Positions 10,842 to 15,955 of a stretch of 15,955 nucleotides of DNA are shown here, one piece after another. Within the stretch, counting starts at the first letter, position 1. Each line of letters begins with the position of its first letter. Below the pieces are notes generated by a model. That model was not told where the DNA came from. It saw only the letters and a list, made by a program, of their open reading frames with translations, and made no database searches. The stretch comes from Azolla caroliniana. Taxonomy: Eukaryota; Plantae; Polypodiophyta. Made by a program: the position numbers and the translations under genes. Where the stretch lies: the NCBI GenBank assembly GCA_043228905.1, contig JBHGNT010000771.1, positions 1 to 15,955 on the forward strand. Direction: 5' to 3'.

Positions 10842-11476
10842 GAGGGGTTTCCCCTTTGAATGCTCATAAAATAACTCTTCCACTTTGATTAGACACTTTC
10901 AATCCACCACTTCAAGTTATTTCCTATATAAATTTGTAATATTGCTATATAGTTGTTAAGGTGTGCCTTTTAGGTGATTTTTGGCACATTTCATGCATAG
11001 ATAAGCAATACAATAGTTGTTTTATGCATATATGATCATATACAGGTGTAGAGAATAGGAGCTTTCCATCCTATGGTTCAACTCTACTTGAAAATTTAAT
11101 TCACGTGTGTGCATATTCATAGAGCTTCAACTACTTTGTATGACATAATCTGAGTTTCATGTGATATCAATAATAAATGGGTAATACCAATTATACCCCT
11201 TAGTAGTTTGCCTAAATATCATGGCATACTCTTTATAAAAAAGTATATGTATACATTCCAAAAAAGGGCCAAACCATGAGATTAGAGTGTAATGTTTTGC
11301 TCTTTATTTTAACTTACAAAAATTTGTTACTATATTAACATTGGTCATTACAATGTTGATTACGCTTGATAATATGTAGATTGTGGTAATAAAGACAATT
11401 GTGGTAAGCAAGGTGTAGCCTATGTTATTGTTGCTTAGAGAAGTCCAAAATAAAGAAGGTTTGTGTAGCACATCAC

Positions 11477-12084
11477 GATGTAGTTCAAATAAGATGTAAA
11501 GTTTGAAACGTTGACATTTTAGATCCGTTGTGATGAAGGATTAATGAATTAAAATATCACACTCCTATTATGAAGGATGTTTTGTATACGAGAAGAAATC
11601 ACGAGAAATTTCGATAAATGATGATATGGAAGAAGAGGAGAAGGAATTGGCAATAGAAAAGTTGCAAACGAGAAAAGAGAACAAGTTGTAAATGAAAGAA
11701 GCCATAAGGCGCGCAAAAGAATTGAATAACGAATAAATCTTTGCTTATGTTTTCCGATCTAATAGAACCTGACAAACTGGCAATAGATGTTTATTATCGA
11801 GTACCATTTTTTTTTGTCGACGCGTGTGGTGAATCTTTTCTTTTTTATACTCATCGAAATTCCTTCGTGTGGTAGGAACATTGACCCAAAATGTCGTAAC
11901 CCAAACGAAAATACAAACACGAATCACAATAATGATAATGGTAAGTTTTTTTTTACCGTTTTGTTAACAAGAAAGGGACAATATTCCCTCCTACTTTCTT
12001 TTCATTTGTACACAAGGTTGTTCTTGGGCACATTTAATGCTTGAGAACGCACCTTAGACGAGTTTCTTTTCAATCTTTGCGTGG
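11477..12084. other. 608-bp CpG-rich, coding-like insertion of unknown origin within the PPR relic
   Basis: ACATCAC direct repeats at 11470-11476 and 12085-12091. About 23 CpG inside versus about 2 in the 610 bp to the left and about 12 to the right (manual counts). Contains two convergent decayed ORF ends. Confidence 0.65.
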
Positions 12085-13643
12085 ACATCACAAGCATAGG
12101 AAACCTATCATCGTTAAGGAAAATATCACCTCTAAAAAGCATAAACACTCATAATGTTATATACCTTAATTCATGGTTACGATTTCTCTCTTGATATTTT
12201 TTTCATCCATTCTCGCATAAACATAACCATGGTTTCATGACTCATGCAAGTGATTATTGCACACGATGATTAATAAATCTTCGTTTGTTGACAAATGATT
12301 GTGCATGATTATAATGATTATTGGTCATTTCCATATATAAAATACACATCTCACCATCTATAAGCTAAACGCCGCACTATGAATGTACATTCTAGCATTA
12401 TTTGCATATTTTGTTGTCTAGAGAATAGTACACCATCATGCTAGCAAAGTGGAACATTACCTTCCCAAAACGAGCCATTGGTATGTAAACACCAAACCTA
12501 AACCTTGAGTCTAGCGAACAGTTTGGTCATTTCCACACGAGGATTAGGAAACCACCAACCAATAGGAGGGATTGACTTTTGAGTGTTCTATTGGCAAAAC
12601 TCCCCAACAACTTCAAGTGTCAACCAAGGATGTGCCCAATAAGGTTATTTATATGTAATGAAGGATTGATTTAAAGCATGGACATTCGTTAGTAGACGAC
12701 AAGAGCGTATAAATATCCTCATTGATAAGTTCCCTTTGGATGCATCACGTGACACACATGTTTGTATCCATGTGGATGTGTAAATACAACTTAACAACAA
12801 TTCTCCTTACACTTCTTCTCAAGGTGCATGCATAGACAAGGAAGGATCATGCAATCATCCATCCATGTTAGCCCAATCGACACCATTCTATATATGTGCT
12901 TTGCCTTTAGATACCCAAATATGCACAATGTGTTGGCATGTGCACATGGGTATGTGTTTTTTCTAGGCATTATGTATATTGTATAACTACTCACTACTCG
13001 ATACTCGAGTCAAACAATGGTTGCATCTCATACAATGTATCAAATTGTAATCTTGTAACTTTTGTCATCTCGGGGCTAAAAATTTGTTGACGCGTTTAAA
13101 AAAAGTAAGCAATGATTATAGTTTTCAGAAAACTTATGTGACTCCAAAAAATTCTTGATGTGTCCCACCAACTAGCCCTTGCTCTATAAAGCAATGATTA
13201 CAGTAACTCAAAGTGCTTCACTATTGCCATTTCCTTTCTCATCCCTCGGTCCCGCTCCTATTTATGCCCATAGGTATATTTCAAGGAGCAACAACATCAT
13301 GAAGTGTGTCATAGTTCCTTATCATCACATATGGAATTTAGGACCATGTTGCCATGTGATGATGTAAGGCTCATTTACAATTATTTTCCTTGAATTACCC
13401 CCCCTCTTTCACATGCCCATGTATCCACCTATTGTGTCGCACGACATAATCACTTTGCTGACTAAGTTTCTGTCATCGATATTAATGAAAAGCCGTATAT
13501 TGAATCTCGTGGTATAAAAAACAATAACGATATCAAATCAGAACGATTGGTTGATTGAAAACAAATGAAGTTACCCTATGAGAATATTTTAGAAAAGAGG
13601 ATGAGGGCCTATGCTGTGCTCATCCGATTTTTTGAAATCTTTG

Positions 13644-14137
13644 TTGCACGTTTGTATAACCTGTGTTTGGTCGCCATCTACCCATCTTTAACATTGTTAG
13701 GATGCTCATCTTGCAAGTGTTTGATCATTGCCCACCAAATGGTTTGGTAATTGTCTGCTTGAATTTGTGGTGCGGTTAATCACGAAACAAATATTTCAAA
13801 AAAGAGGGGCGGTCACAACCACGTTGCATATGTTAACCAATCAATTACCATACCATTGGGTGTGCAACGATAAGACGCATGCAAAATTATCACTTTGCTA
13901 AATCTAGGTAGATGGTGACAGAACAAAGGTTAGATGAGCAAGCATGCAAAACACGGGGGTCAACGATGATTAGTTACATTTTTTATGTGGATTGTGCAAG
14001 CTAGGCATTGGGTTGACCACCTATCCATTTGAAACAAGCTCCGTTAAATGGCAAGGGTGTGAGCAACGTGTAATATGATGGGCATGTTAAAATCCAGTTA
14101 GATGGCGATCAAACATAGGTTAGACGAGATCATGCAA
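13644..14137. repeat. Dispersed roughly 100-bp repeat family: one inverted copy and two direct copies
   Basis: The reverse complement of 13644-13753 aligns with 13842-13949 (caattaccaWaccattKggtgKgcaaYgat...ggtagatggYgac...aggtta). The core at 13654-13680 (reverse complement) matches 14099-14125 at 24/27. Confidence 0.85.
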
Positions 14138-14328
14138 GCATAAATATGTTACGTGTTTTGCCGTGGAGCCTGCAAAAGCTAGACACTGGTCGAGCACATA
14201 ACGAATTTGAAAAGAGCTTTGCTAATATGCTAGTAATGGCCCATGGGTCAATGAGTAGCAATCATATGTGGGGCTCTCGGCTCGGGCACAAAGTGGGTTT
14301 CATGGGGCCCCGAGGGCTTGACTCTCAT

Positions 14329-14368
14329 ATCATCATCATCCATCATCATCATCATTCATCATTCATCA

Positions 14369-14439
<71 letters not shown>
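14329..14439. repeat. (CAT)n microsatellite, perfect (CAT)23 at 14371-14439
   Basis: Read directly; the left part is interrupted by CATT/CATC variants. Confidence 0.97.
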
Positions 14440-14490
14440 GTGGTGGCCCTAAAAAGCTACCTACCCATACACATACACTTAGTGAAGAGC

Positions 14491-14491
<1 letters not shown>

Positions 14492-14527
<36 letters not shown>
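14492..14527. repeat. (AAT)12 microsatellite
   Basis: Read directly. Confidence 0.97.
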
Positions 14528-14528
<1 letters not shown>

Positions 14529-14538
14529 TGTCTGAAGA

Positions 14539-14770
14539 GGAACATTAGGAAAACAGGGGAGGAGAGAGATAGAGAGGAACATTTGGAAACAGGGGAGGAG
14601 AGAGAAAGAGGAAGAGAGAGAGAGAGGAACATTAGGAAACAGGGGAGGAGAGAGAAAGAGGAAGAGAGAGAGAGAGGAACATTAGGAAACAGGGGAGGAG
14701 AGAGAAAGAGGAAGAGAGAGGGAGAGAGAGGAACAGGGGAGGAGAGAGAAAGAGGGGGAGAGAGAGAGAA
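14539..14770. repeat. Purine-rich minisatellite, about 50-bp unit, about 5 copies
   Basis: Unit ggaacattaggaaacaggggaggagagagaaagaggaagagagagagaga; copies start at 14539 (37 bp), 14576 (50), 14626 (50), 14676 (54) and 14730 (internally deleted). Confidence 0.95.
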
Positions 14771-14780
14771 GAGGCACAGA

Positions 14781-14783
<3 letters not shown>

Positions 14784-14817
<34 letters not shown>
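14784..14817. repeat. (AG)17 microsatellite
   Basis: Read directly. Confidence 0.97.
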
Positions 14818-14821
<4 letters not shown>

Positions 14822-14989
14822 CTGCAGGGGTCCTCTGTTCTGTCTGGTTTTGTTGTTCGTTCGTTGATGTTGTCGTCCGTGCGCTATATTTTGTTTCCAT
14901 TTTTGTCTCCATCCATCCATTTTGTTTCGTTCTTCCCCTGCTTTCCTTCTTTCTCTCGATTCTGTCTGTTCTCCTCTTTCCTTTTTTTG

Positions 14990-15465
14990 TTCTAGGGTTT
15001 CCGAGCAACATCTTCTCCCTCGCCTTTTTAAGGTTTCCTGAAACCTCTCGCACTTTTCTTAAATTATTAGGGCCTCCCTCCCTCCCTGTTTTCTTTCTCA
15101 TCAGATTTTAGGGATCTTCTCCCCCCCCCCCCCAATCGGATTTTAGGGTGCTCTTTTTCTTTGTTTCTTTCTCTACATCAGATTTTAGGGTTTTAGCTTC
15201 CCAATTTAGTTTTCTTCATATTCTTGCGGCTTTAGGGTTTCCATATCCTCAACTGGCCAAGGTTCTTTCTCTCTCTGTCTGTTTTAATCTCTCTTAAATC
15301 AGAATTCTTGCTTGACCTTGCTTCTCAATGCATATTTAGTGTTTCTACATCACATTTAGGGTTTCCATACTCTCCTCTGGTACAGGATCACTCTATTTCT
15401 CCATTTCTTCCAAACTCTTCCCCCTATCTTCAATCGGTCGTGTTTATCTATCCTAAACCCTAATT
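14990..15465. promoter_or_regulatory. Telo-box / TTTAGGG cluster in a pyrimidine-rich, promoter- or leader-like tract
   Basis: Exact telo-box (AAACCCTA/TAGGGTTT) at 14993, 15233, 15357 and 15455. TTTAGGG at 15107, 15142, 15184, 15231 and 15355. Function is inferred, not shown. Confidence 0.5.
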
Positions 15466-15955
15466 CTTTGCCTTTTTTCTGAACCCCCCATCCTGAACCT
15501 CTATCTTTCCCCCACCAAAACCTAATCCTTTACCCTCCCTTATTCCTCACCATCATTGCAATTTCTATCTATCCCATATTCTGCGTGTTAATGCATCAGA
15601 ATTCAAATACAGAGATCTGACATTGTTATTCATCTTCTTTGTTTTGAGTCTGAAGCAATGGAGAGCTCTAAGAGCATGCTTGATGTGATCAGAGCCCAAC
15701 TCTTCTTAGCCACTGCTGAAGGTATAGTGTGATATAGGTCAATCAATCAATCAATCTCTCCCTGTGTCTGTCTGTTTCTCGATCGAATTCTCCCTAAGGG
15801 ATGGGGATAAACCTTCCATTAAGCATCTCAGTTCCGCCGAGGAAGAAGAGAGCAAGCTTACGCCGGAAGCTTGCCGGACGAGGTTCGTGTCGGGCCAGTT
15901 AGACTTCTCAGATTGAGAGAAAAGTTGTCAGGTGGGTGGGTTTTGTTCACCAATC

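Larger units (their letters stand above)
9760..13060 (-). pseudogene. Decayed pentatricopeptide-repeat (PLS-class-like) gene, interrupted by two insertions
   Basis: Recurrent PPR-like remnants on the minus strand: TIYIMPRKNTYPC...IFGY...HIYRM (ORF 12791-12994), LLGTSLVDT*SCWG (about 12600-12642), VYARMDEKNI (about 12192-12222), ILSSVINIV...NFCKLK*RAKHYTLISWFG (about 11265-11375), SDYVIQSS, YNIIIEFQMNG (about 10640-10670), LLATHG...VIKCFKQQNREVDRITFIYASISC (10071-10190), GDMHT. Many stops and frameshifts; ends approximate. Confidence 0.65.

Noticed and set aside
14539-14770. CRISPR-like repeat-spacer array
   Set aside because: The intervening sequences are near-identical GA runs rather than unique spacers, there are no cas genes, and the context is eukaryotic.
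14146-15101. Four long ORFs (poly-His, poly-Asp/SL, RE-rich, K/R-rich)
   Set aside because: They are open only because CAT, AAT and GA repeats lack stops in those frames; they overlap on both strands and show no domain content.
14990-15465. Interstitial telomere array
   Set aside because: TTTAGGG units are isolated and tens of bases apart, not tandem; better described as telo-box motifs.
15852-15874. Hairpin GCAAGCTT-acgccgg-AAGCTTGC
   Set aside because: An 8-bp stem built on palindromic AAGCTT sites; no U-tract or RNA gene context.
15658-15902. Possible first exon MESSKSMLDVIRAQLFLATAE with donor at 15722, spliced to 15799
   Set aside because: The ATG context is good (gcaATGG), but the spliced product is short, ends at TAG 15900-15902 and has no recognisable homology; more downstream sequence is needed.

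Overview
AT-rich, low-coding-density land-plant nuclear DNA. A fern or other non-seed plant is plausible from the LINE and PPR relics, but that is inference. The one gene that looks intact is the 3' part of a spliced + strand gene (exons 1779-1823, 1939-2047, 2168-2453, 2598-2810; GT-AG introns, phases consistent, 216 aa visible) resembling a conserved plant protein of unknown function. Most of the rest is decayed sequence: a LINE RT fragment (65-585, -), L1-like ORF2 relics (about 2990-5450), a possible Copia pol relic, a hAT transposase relic (8480-9600, -) and a roughly 3.3 kb PLS-type PPR pseudogene (-). The PPR relic is interrupted by a 608-bp CpG-rich, coding-like insert flanked by a 7-bp direct repeat; this is the most unusual element in the window. 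The right end has an inverted/dispersed repeat family, (CAT)n, (AAT)n and (AG)n microsatellites, a 50-bp purine minisatellite and a telo-box-rich pyrimidine tract that looks like a promoter or leader. I see no intact, previously undescribed multi-gene system. All homology calls are manual motif recognition, not database searches.
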